Below the pieces are notes generated by a model. That model saw only the letters and a program-made list of their open reading frames with translations. It did not search any database and was not told the DNA's origin. Positions 35,303-43,694 of a stretch of 53,800 nt of DNA are shown here, in pieces. The translations under genes and the position numbers were made by a program. Each line of letters begins with the position of its first letter. Within the stretch, counting starts at the first letter, position 1. Source of the stretch: a virus (taxonomy: Duplodnaviria > Caudoviricetes); the IMG/VR virus record IMGVR_UViG_3300031963_000202, positions 1-53,800 of that record. One strand, given 5' to 3'.

Positions 35303-35789
35303 ACTATCAGCTACAGGTATAAGCGAACAGGTATTAAAACAACTAGAAGAGCAGGGCTTACCTTTTAAGCGCTCGCTTAAACTAGAGTTGCCAGACTTCC
35401 CCAGTGATATCACATTAGTAGATGACACCGAGCTTATGGGTATGGCAAGCAAGTATATTGAGAACATGAACTTCCTTCGTACTCAGGCTGCTTGCGCTGA
35501 GTTGGCTGAGATGGAGGCCGAGGCTTTCTATAGCGAGTCTGTAAATGCTGGATTGCTATCCAAGACCTCAGGTAAAGCCTCAGAAAAAGCCACGCTACTT
35601 AGAGCTCAGGTAGAAGCAGAGCCAGAGGTCAAGGCACTTTCAGATGCTTACTCTTATGCCCGCGCCTATCACAAGATGGTTCGCACCTACCTAGATAACA
35701 TTGAGCGGTACTACTCACTGACTAGCCGTGAACTAACACGTAGAACATCTAGCGGCCGTGTCACTGGGTTTAACAGGTATGCCCCTTAA
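35295..35789 (+). CDS. Helical protein, possible UvsY-like recombination mediator
   Basis: ATG 35295 after GGAGG; coiled-coil ending SRELTRR; recombination context. Confidence 0.5.
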   Translation: MTELSATGISEQVLKQLEEQGLPFKRSLKLELPDFPSDITLVDDTELMGMASKYIENMNFLRTQAACAELAEMEAEAFYSESVNAGLLSKTSGKASEKATLLRAQVEAEPEVKALSDAYSYARAYHKMVRTYLDNIERYYSLTSRELTRRTSSGRVTGFNRYAP

Positions 35790-36324
35790 AAAAATTGAAG
35801 GAGGACTGGACCTCACCGACAGTAGCCCAGTTTACTTAGGTATAGACCAGTCCTTTACAGGATTTGCCATGTGTGCGTATAAAGACAATACGTATTACGC
35901 AGAGGTATACAAGTCAACTAATAAAGGAATGCCACGTATGTTAGATATACGTGCGTTTATTCGTGATTGGATATCTAGGGTAGAAATCCTTGATGTAGCC
36001 ATGGAGGGCTACGCAATGGGAGCCAAGGGCAAGGTATTTCATCTAGGAGAGCTTGGTGGCCTAGTTAAGATGGAGTTGGCAGATATTGACAAGTACCCAC
36101 TAATAATCCCACCAACCACGCTTAAGAAGTACGTAACTGGCGCTGGTTCAGGTCAGAAGAACCAGATGATTTTGCATACCTACAAAAAGTGGGGCCAGAC
36201 GTTTACCGACGACAACGCCTGTGATGCGTATGGGCTTGCGCGGCTATGCTCAGGGGATGGTACGCTTGCGTATGAAAAGGCTGTTTACCAACAAGTACAG
36301 AGCCCAGACTATCGGGAGATTTAA
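35779..36324 (+). CDS. ruvC: RuvC-like Holliday junction resolvase
   Basis: LGIDQSFTG, AMEGY, ELGG, PTTLKKYVTG.G..K, DNACDA. Confidence 0.88.
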   Translation: MPLKKIEGGLDLTDSSPVYLGIDQSFTGFAMCAYKDNTYYAEVYKSTNKGMPRMLDIRAFIRDWISRVEILDVAMEGYAMGAKGKVFHLGELGGLVKMELADIDKYPLIIPPTTLKKYVTGAGSGQKNQMILHTYKKWGQTFTDDNACDAYGLARLCSGDGTLAYEKAVYQQVQSPDYREI

Positions 36325-36492
36325 ATGCCAAAATACGATTTTACATGTATGAAGTGCGACCGCACTGTAGAAATGCATTTTGCATTTGATGCTACACAAC
36401 GTCCTACCTGCGATGGCTGCGGTGAATTTATGATTAAGTCGTATACACCACCATCTGTGCAGTTTAAAGGCGGAGGGTGGGGTGGCCAATGA
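36325..36492 (+). CDS. FmdB-family zinc ribbon protein
   Basis: MPKYDFTCMKC...CDGCG...VQFKGGGW; 55 aa, not in the track. Confidence 0.88.
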   Translation: MPKYDFTCMKCDRTVEMHFAFDATQRPTCDGCGEFMIKSYTPPSVQFKGGGWGGQ

Positions 36493-36674
36493 CCAAACTT
36501 ATGTTTCCAGGTATGTATAACATTGGAACTGATTTACCAGTATTAGTAGCTGATGATGACTTTATTGAGCATCTTCACGAAGAGGGTTTTGACCATACTA
36601 TAGATATTAACGACCTTATATTTGAGTGGATTGACTGGGCTAAGGAGAACATCGATGAGCAAAACACAAGATAA
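36489..36674 (+). CDS. Small acidic hypothetical protein
   Basis: ATGA overlap. Confidence 0.55.
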   Translation: MTKLMFPGMYNIGTDLPVLVADDDFIEHLHEEGFDHTIDINDLIFEWIDWAKENIDEQNTR

Positions 36675-36903
36675 AAGAGCACAGCGTAAAGCAGAAGCAG
36701 CAGCTTTTGTTAAACAGCGTCGACTACAGGAACTCCAGGTCCTAGAAGCTCAGTTTGCTTATGGTTTAAAACTATATGAAGAAGGTAAAGATAAACTATC
36801 TGCAGAAGAGATTGAGCAGATGGAAGAGTCAAAAAACAAGTTTACGGAAACCCTATTCCGATTTAAAAAGGAGCACGGCCTTGCCGAAAACACACAAGGA
36901 TAA
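36655..36903 (+). CDS. Small coiled-coil hypothetical protein
   Basis: AAGGAG RBS, ATG 36655. Confidence 0.6.
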   Translation: MSKTQDKRAQRKAEAAAFVKQRRLQELQVLEAQFAYGLKLYEEGKDKLSAEEIEQMEESKNKFTETLFRFKKEHGLAENTQG

Positions 36904-37108
36904 AGACCTTATCGAAGATGGTTGGATGACCATCGATGAATTTATGGCAAGGCTGACCCCAGGACTTACAGAGTATTTAAAGTCTAACTGGGGCATGGGC
37001 GGGGAAACCGCCCTTCATCACCCTACAGATTTGTTTACAACGGCTTCAATTTATATGGATATAGCCTATCGAGTATCTAACGACTTCCTAGACTGCAAAC
37101 ATGACTAA
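36881..37108 (+). CDS. Hypothetical protein
   Basis: TTG 36881 after AAGGAG. Confidence 0.55.
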   Translation: MPKTHKDKDLIEDGWMTIDEFMARLTPGLTEYLKSNWGMGGETALHHPTDLFTTASIYMDIAYRVSNDFLDCKHD

Positions 37109-37322
37109 AAGTATTAGAGAGCTAAAGCCCGATTTTAGTGGGTCTATGGCCTATGAAAACCAGGTTTTACATGAGTGCCCTGTCTGTGACTCGGGTCTTT
37201 GGAACATAAAAGCCAGCTTTCAAGACTATGAGATATCCCAATATTTACTGGATATGGAGTGCTCCATCTGTGGGACTTACGCCAAGGCCCCTACCCCTTT
37301 AGACAGACCAAATTTAATTTAG
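37101..37322 (+). CDS. Small zinc-finger protein
   Basis: HECPVCDS...MECSICGT. Confidence 0.7.
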   Translation: MTKSIRELKPDFSGSMAYENQVLHECPVCDSGLWNIKASFQDYEISQYLLDMECSICGTYAKAPTPLDRPNLI

Positions 37323-37371
37323 AATAGATAATTAATACTCCGATAACAAGTACCACTAATAGGAGTATTAA

Positions 37372-37653
37372 ATGTCAGAAGAACAAAAAGACGACCAGGT
37401 TCTACGCGTAAGCGCGGGGTCTAACCCACAAGCCGTAGCATCAGCCATTGCTCATAGTATCTATGAGACCCGTGCCTGCAAGATTCGTGCGGTAGGAGCT
37501 GGGGCTATCAACCAGGCCGTGAAGGCCATCGCCATTGCACGTGGGTACACAGCCCCTAGAGGCATGGATTTAATCTGTATTCCAGGATTTACGAGCATTG
37601 AAAGCCATGACGGCCAGATATCAGCCATTATCTTCGATGTCAGTGCACGTTAA
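37372..37653 (+). CDS. spoVS: SpoVS-family (Alba-like) nucleic-acid-binding protein
   Basis: LRVSAGSNPQAVASAIA...AVGAGAINQAVKAIAIARGY.AP.G.DL.CIPGF. Confidence 0.93.
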   Translation: MSEEQKDDQVLRVSAGSNPQAVASAIAHSIYETRACKIRAVGAGAINQAVKAIAIARGYTAPRGMDLICIPGFTSIESHDGQISAIIFDVSAR

Positions 37654-37712
37654 CCCTGTATTTCCCAAGTAAATACTTTACCCTTTTTATACCTTCGGCC
37701 AAAGGATTGTAA

Positions 37713-38054
37713 ATGACAAAAGATACATCAAAGAACTCGGCGCCCCTAGCTCCGACTTCATCCTCCGCATCTAATGCGACGGGCGCAAAGCCAGCTAAAG
37801 TAGCTAAAGCCTTGAAAGGCACATTAGTTAAGAAGACTGGTAACGCCAAGGGAGCAACAGACCCATACAAGCAAGCAAAGCCTTCTCGCAGCTTCGTAAC
37901 TGCGACTGGTGGAGCTCGCTACGGTATTAAGGTCAACTTCCAGAAGACAACTGCACCAGAAGCGACATCCACCCAGGCAAATGGGCGTATCATTGCTCCT
38001 GCTGTGAATCGTGTAAAGCCAAACTTCTCTGATGGTACGGCTGACCACAACTAA
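37713..38054 (+). CDS. Basic low-complexity hypothetical protein
   Basis: AAGGA RBS; followed by a terminator. Confidence 0.65.
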   Translation: MTKDTSKNSAPLAPTSSSASNATGAKPAKVAKALKGTLVKKTGNAKGATDPYKQAKPSRSFVTATGGARYGIKVNFQKTTAPEATSTQANGRIIAPAVNRVKPNFSDGTADHN

Positions 38055-38066
38055 AACTGAATAGCG

Positions 38067-38099
38067 CAAAAGCCCCCTGGCACGTACAGGGGGCTTTTG
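38067..38099. terminator. Bidirectional intrinsic terminator
   Basis: CAAAAGCCCCCTG / CAGGGGGCTTTTG. Confidence 0.85.
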
Positions 38100-38113
38100 G
38101 CATTTATGGGAAT

Positions 38114-38138
38114 AATCTAATTTAGATTGCGTTACAAT
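38114..38138 (+). promoter_or_regulatory. hsp20 promoter with palindromic operator
   Basis: AATCTAA-T-TTAGATT (38114-38128), then -10 TACAAT 38133-38138. Confidence 0.55.
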
Positions 38139-38196
38139 AGTGTTGACCGCTCACTCGGAGGGTCACAAAAAGTTATATCGTCTAAGGAGATATATT

Positions 38197-38718
38197 ATGG
38201 CTTCAGGCTACATCAATGGCGGCTATCCAAAAGGTTCACCTCACGAACCATGGGATAAGCCTAAAACAGTTCAGCAATTCCAAACACTAAAACCAACCAT
38301 CCAAGACCCCTTTTCAGCGTTGCAAAATATGCTGTCGCCGTGGACTTTTGGGTTTGACCGTCAACTAGATATGTTTAAAGAGCTAGAAGACGCACGTATT
38401 AAAAGCACTTATCCACCCTACAATATTAAGCATCTGCCCGATGATAAGGCGCAGATTGAGCTTGCTATTGCGGGGTTCAAGAAGGATGATGTTAAGATTA
38501 CGTACAAAGAGAACATCATCACCGTTGAGGGCAACCGCGGAGAGGACGACGCTGACTACGCATACAAGGGTATTGCAGCACGTAACTTCGTACAGAAGTT
38601 TGCCATTGCGGATGACGTTATCGTAGGAGATGCAAAGCTTGAGGATGGTTTCCTAACCATTTCCCTAGAGCGTATCATCCCCGAAGAGAAGAAAGAAAAA
38701 GTAGTTAAAATTAAGTAG
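38197..38718 (+). CDS. Small heat shock protein (Hsp20/IbpA-like)
   Basis: ATG 38197 after AAGGAG; YPPYNI, IELAIAGF, KGIAARNF, A.LEDG.L.I.LERIIPEEKK. Confidence 0.95.
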   Translation: MASGYINGGYPKGSPHEPWDKPKTVQQFQTLKPTIQDPFSALQNMLSPWTFGFDRQLDMFKELEDARIKSTYPPYNIKHLPDDKAQIELAIAGFKKDDVKITYKENIITVEGNRGEDDADYAYKGIAARNFVQKFAIADDVIVGDAKLEDGFLTISLERIIPEEKKEKVVKIK

Positions 38719-38744
38719 GACTATAACCCAGGTTATAGTGCGAC

Positions 38745-38769
38745 TCCACTGACGTCCACTGACGTCCAC
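38745..38769 (+). repeat. Tandem 10-bp repeat (TCCACTGACG) x2.5
   Basis: TCCACTGACG TCCACTGACG TCCAC. Confidence 0.8.
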
Positions 38770-38792
38770 CTTGCAATCACGATAACAAGGTC

Positions 38793-38824
38793 AAACACCC
38801 ACGATAAAAATCGTGGGTGTTTTG
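38793..38824 (+). terminator. Intrinsic terminator
   Basis: AAACACCCACGAT-AAAA-ATCGTGGGTGTTT. Confidence 0.8.
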
Positions 38825-38890
38825 CTATACAAACACCTTATGTGTGATAGGCTATTGGACGGAATCATCCTTTAATCAGAGAGAGGTCGT

Positions 38891-39148
38891 ATGCCAAAGG
38901 ATACAGTAGGGTCTATATTAGATGGGTTTATTGCTGATGCAAAACTTCCAAAAAAATGTAAGACACAGAAGTGGGTAATTACATTATCTAAAGATGACCA
39001 AGAAAAATTTAATAGCCTAAAAAATGAAAATAGAAGCGTAGATATTAAGAACCTATTTGAAGCGTTGCAAGAAGCTGGCGTCAATTTACCTATGGGACTT
39101 ACTGCCTTTCGCTCACACTTTAAGGAGTATTGCACATGCCAGAAGTAA
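38891..39148 (+). CDS. Small hypothetical protein (possible Zn/HTH)
   Basis: GAGG RBS; C...H....CTC; extended -10 TGaTAGGCT upstream at 38845-38853. Confidence 0.6.
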   Translation: MPKDTVGSILDGFIADAKLPKKCKTQKWVITLSKDDQEKFNSLKNENRSVDIKNLFEALQEAGVNLPMGLTAFRSHFKEYCTCQK

Positions 39149-40155
39149 ATGAAACGTTATCATCCATATTTGATAGGGTTGCTATTAAGTCTAAAACTGA
39201 TTGGTCCTGGCCACCAATTCAACCAGCAAAACCTACAGTAATTAAGCCTGCTACTTATAAAGAGCGCAAAGGTAAAAAAGATGGACGACTAATTATGTTC
39301 GTCCCAGACCCACAGATTGGGTACCGTAAATACGAAGATGGAACAATGGACCCATTCCATGATGAAGCGGCAATTGAGGTTCATTTTCAACTACTAGCGT
39401 ACTTGGAAGAGAAGTACGGTGTAGATGAGATTATTCACTTAGGTGATTATCTAGACCTACCAACAATGGGTAAGTACGCACAAGAAGAAATGTTTGCACA
39501 CACTGTGCAGCCAGCACTTGACTACGGTCATCAGCTATTGGCTAAGCAACGCGCTACCTGTCCAGATGCAAAGATTACTTTGCTAGAAGGAAACCACGAC
39601 TGTCGTATGCAGCGTTATGTAGTAATGAACGCCATGGCATCAAAAGGTATTAAACGAGCTAACGCCACCCCAGATGAGTGGCCTGTAATGTCTATTCAAT
39701 ACCTACTCCGTCTTGAAGAACTTAATGTTAACTACGTGGGTGCCTACCCAGCGGGCGAGTACTGGATTACTCCACACCTTCGCGCTATCCACGGAACCAC
39801 CGTCCGTTCCAATGGTTCAACAGCTTCAGCGTATGTAAACAAGAATCCACACGTTTCCACAGTATTTGGTCACGCACACCGTCAGGAACTTCAGTACAAG
39901 ACTGTGGCTAATGGCGACGGCCCTATCCGCTCAGTATCAGGTTCCCCAGGTTGCCTATGCCGTGTAGATGGCGCAGTTCCTTCCTATGGTTCTGGGTTAA
40001 ACGACAACGGTCGTCCAGTAAAGCACTGGGAAGACTGGCAACAGGGCGTTATGATTGGCTGGGTAAGACCAGACGATTCCTTTACTTTGCAGCCAATTCA
40101 CATTATGGATGGCTGGACCCTTTACGAAGGCCACGAGTTTAAGGCGTCCAACTAA
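39136..40155 (+). CDS. Calcineurin-like metallophosphoesterase
   Basis: PDPQ, LGDYLD, EGNHD, IHG, FGHAHR. Confidence 0.9.
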   Translation: MPEVNETLSSIFDRVAIKSKTDWSWPPIQPAKPTVIKPATYKERKGKKDGRLIMFVPDPQIGYRKYEDGTMDPFHDEAAIEVHFQLLAYLEEKYGVDEIIHLGDYLDLPTMGKYAQEEMFAHTVQPALDYGHQLLAKQRATCPDAKITLLEGNHDCRMQRYVVMNAMASKGIKRANATPDEWPVMSIQYLLRLEELNVNYVGAYPAGEYWITPHLRAIHGTTVRSNGSTASAYVNKNPHVSTVFGHAHRQELQYKTVANGDGPIRSVSGSPGCLCRVDGAVPSYGSGLNDNGRPVKHWEDWQQGVMIGWVRPDDSFTLQPIHIMDGWTLYEGHEFKASN

Positions 40156-40166
40156 CCTACTAGGCG

Positions 40167-40181
40167 TATCATTTAGGTATG
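40167..40181 (+). promoter_or_regulatory. Leaderless promoter (-10 TATCAT, 6 nt, ATG)
   Basis: TATCAT 40167-40172, TTAGGT, ATG 40179. Confidence 0.5.
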
Positions 40182-40718
40182 TCTAACCCACATCAAAATA
40201 CACAGAACCTAGGCGCCAGTGGTTTATACGGTACGTATACAAACTACGGTGGCGGTGGTGTTCCTGTTGCTCGTAATGAGCTTGATGAACTTCGGTTAGG
40301 CGTAGGTCGAGCACCACAAGCAGAATATCCAGATGGATACTTAGGCACTATCCGCACACGTCGTGATGACCGCGGTCGCCCTAACGGAGCGTCTGAAAAT
40401 GTGCTCGACTCACTTAAAGTTAGAATAGGACAGCGTTCATATCAACGTGGCGTTCACAAAGGTGAGCGCATTGACCAACAGGGTTACTACTACCCAGCTG
40501 GTCTTGAACCACATTCTGGCATTATGCGTCAAATGAATGCCGTTAAAGATGGAAACCTTTACAGAAGTCCTCGCCACGTATTTATGGCAGACATTGCACC
40601 AGCACCGCATCTACCTAATGATGGTAAGGCTGGCCCAACTGTAAAGAGCGATTCACCAATGTATGTAAACAATGCACGCCAAGACCAAATGGCACGCATG
40701 CGACCACAGTGGAAGTAA
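40179..40718 (+). CDS. Hypothetical phage protein
   Basis: 179 aa; YPDGYLGT, RSYQRGVHKGERID. Confidence 0.7.
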   Translation: MSNPHQNTQNLGASGLYGTYTNYGGGGVPVARNELDELRLGVGRAPQAEYPDGYLGTIRTRRDDRGRPNGASENVLDSLKVRIGQRSYQRGVHKGERIDQQGYYYPAGLEPHSGIMRQMNAVKDGNLYRSPRHVFMADIAPAPHLPNDGKAGPTVKSDSPMYVNNARQDQMARMRPQWK

Positions 40719-40721
40719 AAA

Positions 40722-41099
40722 ATGCCAGGTAAATATTCAGATGGTACCTACGGTCGTAGACCGTGGACTAATGATGGGCGCAAGCCTTATCACACACCAG
40801 AAGAGGCTGCGTTTCCCCCACAGGAATACCTTGGACCTTTTCAGTCTAACCAAGACCGTTTACTTAATCAGGCGCTCGCTACTTGGACTATGAGTGGCGC
40901 AGAACTACAGGAATACGTACGACCAAACTTGCCGCAGATTAATCTATTTCCAGACCGATACGGGTATACTGATGTAGAGTTAGGTCTAGAAGATATTGTT
41001 CGTATGCCAAGAGGCAAAGAGCAGCGTGTAGAGTCTGACTTTAGCCAGACCCCTAATACTACCCAGTCTACGAGCCGCAACACGTTAGGAAACGTATGA
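40722..41099 (+). CDS. Hypothetical protein
   Basis: 125 aa in a tightly packed run. Confidence 0.65.
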   Translation: MPGKYSDGTYGRRPWTNDGRKPYHTPEEAAFPPQEYLGPFQSNQDRLLNQALATWTMSGAELQEYVRPNLPQINLFPDRYGYTDVELGLEDIVRMPRGKEQRVESDFSQTPNTTQSTSRNTLGNV

Positions 41100-41308
41100 G
41101 CAAAGACCCAGGATTATTCACTGATAGCACAGGCGAAGGCATGGCTGGGGCTACAGATGTACGCCTTGAGACCATTTATAACGGTACTAAGGCCTGTAAA
41201 GCCTGTGGTTCTCACATGAATCCAGTAGAATCGTTACGAGACCAGGACGTCTGCCCTAAGTGCAACCGTATCAAGGCCTCAAGACTAGTAAAAGGACGGA
41301 TGGCATAA
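41096..41308 (+). CDS. Small zinc-finger protein
   Basis: CKACG...CPKC. Confidence 0.65.
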   Translation: MSKDPGLFTDSTGEGMAGATDVRLETIYNGTKACKACGSHMNPVESLRDQDVCPKCNRIKASRLVKGRMA

Positions 41309-41517
41309 TGGCAACTAATCAATCACGTTCCCTCAATGGCGACATGACAGAGGGCGCAACAGACGGCAAGTACCGCAAGCGTCGTCCAAACACAACCGTA
41401 CAACCAGGCATGGGAGACCAGACCGTTGCTGCTAACCGCGCAGGTCTACACCCATACATGAACTACGGCTTTATTAACTCAGAAGAGACAAACAAAGTAA
41501 ACCCAGCGGGTAACTAA
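41308..41517 (+). CDS. Small hypothetical protein
   Basis: TAATG coupling at 41308 and 41517. Confidence 0.65.
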   Translation: MATNQSRSLNGDMTEGATDGKYRKRRPNTTVQPGMGDQTVAANRAGLHPYMNYGFINSEETNKVNPAGN

Positions 41518-41873
41518 TGTCTGCGCCACGTAGAGAGTACGACCCAGCGCGTCGTCCAAATATCTTTTATAAAAACGACCCTGCAAGTAACGAAGAGCTA
41601 AGCAACCGTGCACATGCACGTGGACAAGCTTATTCTTCAAACAACAGCATTAGTGACGCGGTATCCGACAGACTTGGCTACGACATGGCGACTGGGGATA
41701 ACGACGGTCCAACCATTTCTAAAAAGGGTACGCATTTAAAAAACGTTAGCCTGATTGAAGGCGGCAAAAAACTTAAGGATGCGGCTATGGTTTCAGGTGC
41801 CACCATGTCCAATGTTTCAATAAGTGGTACTGTTTTGGGTAAAACAAAGGGAATTATGCAGGGTAAAGGATAA
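41517..41873 (+). CDS. Hypothetical protein (starts MSAPRRE)
   Basis: TAATG coupling. Confidence 0.6.
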   Translation: MSAPRREYDPARRPNIFYKNDPASNEELSNRAHARGQAYSSNNSISDAVSDRLGYDMATGDNDGPTISKKGTHLKNVSLIEGGKKLKDAAMVSGATMSNVSISGTVLGKTKGIMQGKG

Positions 41874-42280
41874 TGCCAGCACCACGTAGAGAGCGCGATA
41901 CTAATAGGGTTTATCAAACCCCTAAAAGTAATGTAAACGTTTTAAGAAACCTTTCAGCCAACGGTACAATTACATCCCCTGATTTTAAAGGTAGTCAGTT
42001 TTCCCTAACCCCTTCCTTAGGTAGCGGCCGTGCGTCACTAAACAAGTGGCTCAATGAGGGTAAGCCTGAAGTTACCGCCCATATGGGACGTTCAGTTAAG
42101 AAAGCAACTGGAGAGACAACCTCAGAGGCTCGTCAAAAAGCTTACAACGCTGCATCTACAGAGCACACTGAAAACCTTAAGAGTGGAAAGTATGCACAGC
42201 AAGAGATGAATTCCACATTTGTAGGAACGAATAAGCAGCCTGCAATTAAGATTAATACAGACCCAGCAAAGGGCAAGTAA
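41873..42280 (+). CDS. Hypothetical basic protein (starts MPAPRRE)
   Basis: TAATG coupling. Confidence 0.6.
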   Translation: MPAPRRERDTNRVYQTPKSNVNVLRNLSANGTITSPDFKGSQFSLTPSLGSGRASLNKWLNEGKPEVTAHMGRSVKKATGETTSEARQKAYNAASTEHTENLKSGKYAQQEMNSTFVGTNKQPAIKINTDPAKGK

Positions 42281-42778
42281 ATGGCTAAAGAATACGAGCT
42301 TTCCTTAGACCCTAACAAAAAGCAACCAAAAATTGATACTAAAAAGGCTGCTAAAAAGTCTGCGGATAATGAGGCTAAGCGTCTACAGGAAATGCGTGAC
42401 AACCCTAGAGACACCAGCAAAGATTTTAGATTTAGGTACGATAGCAACAACCAAGACCACAAGGCCCTTTTAGGTCACCTTATGAACAACGGTTTGGCTG
42501 ACGATATCGTTATCCACCCAAATGGTGACGCGTCCTTCCCACGTCGTACTTTTATTCAACAAGATAACAAGGAAGTCCTGCAGCCAATTATGCAGAAGAT
42601 GGTGGCAGCTAATCTAGCCAAGCGTCCGTCAAATAAGACTGCCCCAATTGGAACACGTCCAACCGCTCCTGGTATGCGACCACCTGCCCCACTTCCACCA
42701 CGTGGCGCGGCTAAAAAAGAGAGCAACCCACTGATTGAAGACAAAGCCGAGGTAATGCGTAACCTGTTCGGCAAATAG
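42281..42778 (+). CDS. Hypothetical basic, Pro-rich protein
   Basis: Abuts the previous stop codon. Confidence 0.6.
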   Translation: MAKEYELSLDPNKKQPKIDTKKAAKKSADNEAKRLQEMRDNPRDTSKDFRFRYDSNNQDHKALLGHLMNNGLADDIVIHPNGDASFPRRTFIQQDNKEVLQPIMQKMVAANLAKRPSNKTAPIGTRPTAPGMRPPAPLPPRGAAKKESNPLIEDKAEVMRNLFGK

Positions 42779-42780
42779 TG

Positions 42781-42798
42781 TGCTAGTCTTATCTAATG
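42781..42798 (+). promoter_or_regulatory. Leaderless extended -10 promoter (TGc-TAGTCT, 6 nt, ATG)
   Basis: TAGTCT 42784-42789, TATCTA, ATG 42796; no SD. Confidence 0.6.
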
Positions 42799-43359
42799 GT
42801 ACTAGACCTTTCTAAATTAAATCCAAAAGAAGACCCAAAAGACCGTCCTAAGGTACTTTTATTAGCTTGCTATGACTGCAAAAGCGTAGACGAGATTCCG
42901 TATGATGACCGCTTCCCGTTTGATGGCAAGCCTGGTCACGACCAAAACCAAAACCCTTTCCTACACCAGATGGTAGAGCGTCACCCTAACCACAGAGGTA
43001 TGCTTGCAGATGCTGACCTACTAGTTTGGCAACATCCAGACGGTAAGAAACAGATTGTTGACCAGTTCCAAAAGGGCGGTTCGCCTGGATTAGACGTATT
43101 TGGTACTAATTTTTACGAGACTAAGGCTAACTTTTCAGCCGATGCTATGACGTGCTACGCCCAACACAACCGTCCACAGGGACAATGCAGCGATTACAAG
43201 ACCGATAAGAAGATATTAACGGCAGGTACATCTGCAGAACGTAAGCAGGCTGGTCTAGATTCTAGCAAGGCGCCAAAGATGCACCTCTGCGACTTCTGCC
43301 CAGTCAAGTCCTACAACATGATGAGGCATAACAAGGCCAAGGGTCTGTACACCAAATAG
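42796..43359 (+). CDS. Cys/His-rich putative double zinc-binding protein
   Basis: CYDC...H..H; C...H....C...CDFC. Confidence 0.7.
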   Translation: MVLDLSKLNPKEDPKDRPKVLLLACYDCKSVDEIPYDDRFPFDGKPGHDQNQNPFLHQMVERHPNHRGMLADADLLVWQHPDGKKQIVDQFQKGGSPGLDVFGTNFYETKANFSADAMTCYAQHNRPQGQCSDYKTDKKILTAGTSAERKQAGLDSSKAPKMHLCDFCPVKSYNMMRHNKAKGLYTK

Positions 43360-43453
43360 GCTTATTAGCTCAAAATAGCCAAAAACCCACCCGCATACAC
43401 TAGACATTAGCCCGTACAGCAGCGGTATACTGTATGTACAAAACTAGGGATAG

Positions 43454-43690
43454 GTGGCGGTCGTGGCTTTCATCGAAATGACATGCAAGTGTGAGTGTAG
43501 TTTCCAGGCTGATGTTGCAGAAGTTGGAAATGAAACACTAGTCATTATGTGGGCAACCCAATTTGTTAATTCACATGCCGCTTGTGGCTTTATGAACACA
43601 GTAAAGACTGATGTACCAGAGACCCATCGCATAATTGAGTGGGATAGCGACGTTAAGTACAAAGAAAGTCACAAAAAAGATATAGACTAG
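43454..43690 (+). CDS. Small Cys/His hypothetical protein
   Basis: CKCECSF...HAACG; -10 TATACT at 43426-43431 upstream. Confidence 0.55.
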   Translation: MAVVAFIEMTCKCECSFQADVAEVGNETLVIMWATQFVNSHAACGFMNTVKTDVPETHRIIEWDSDVKYKESHKKDID

Positions 43691-43694
43691 GAAC

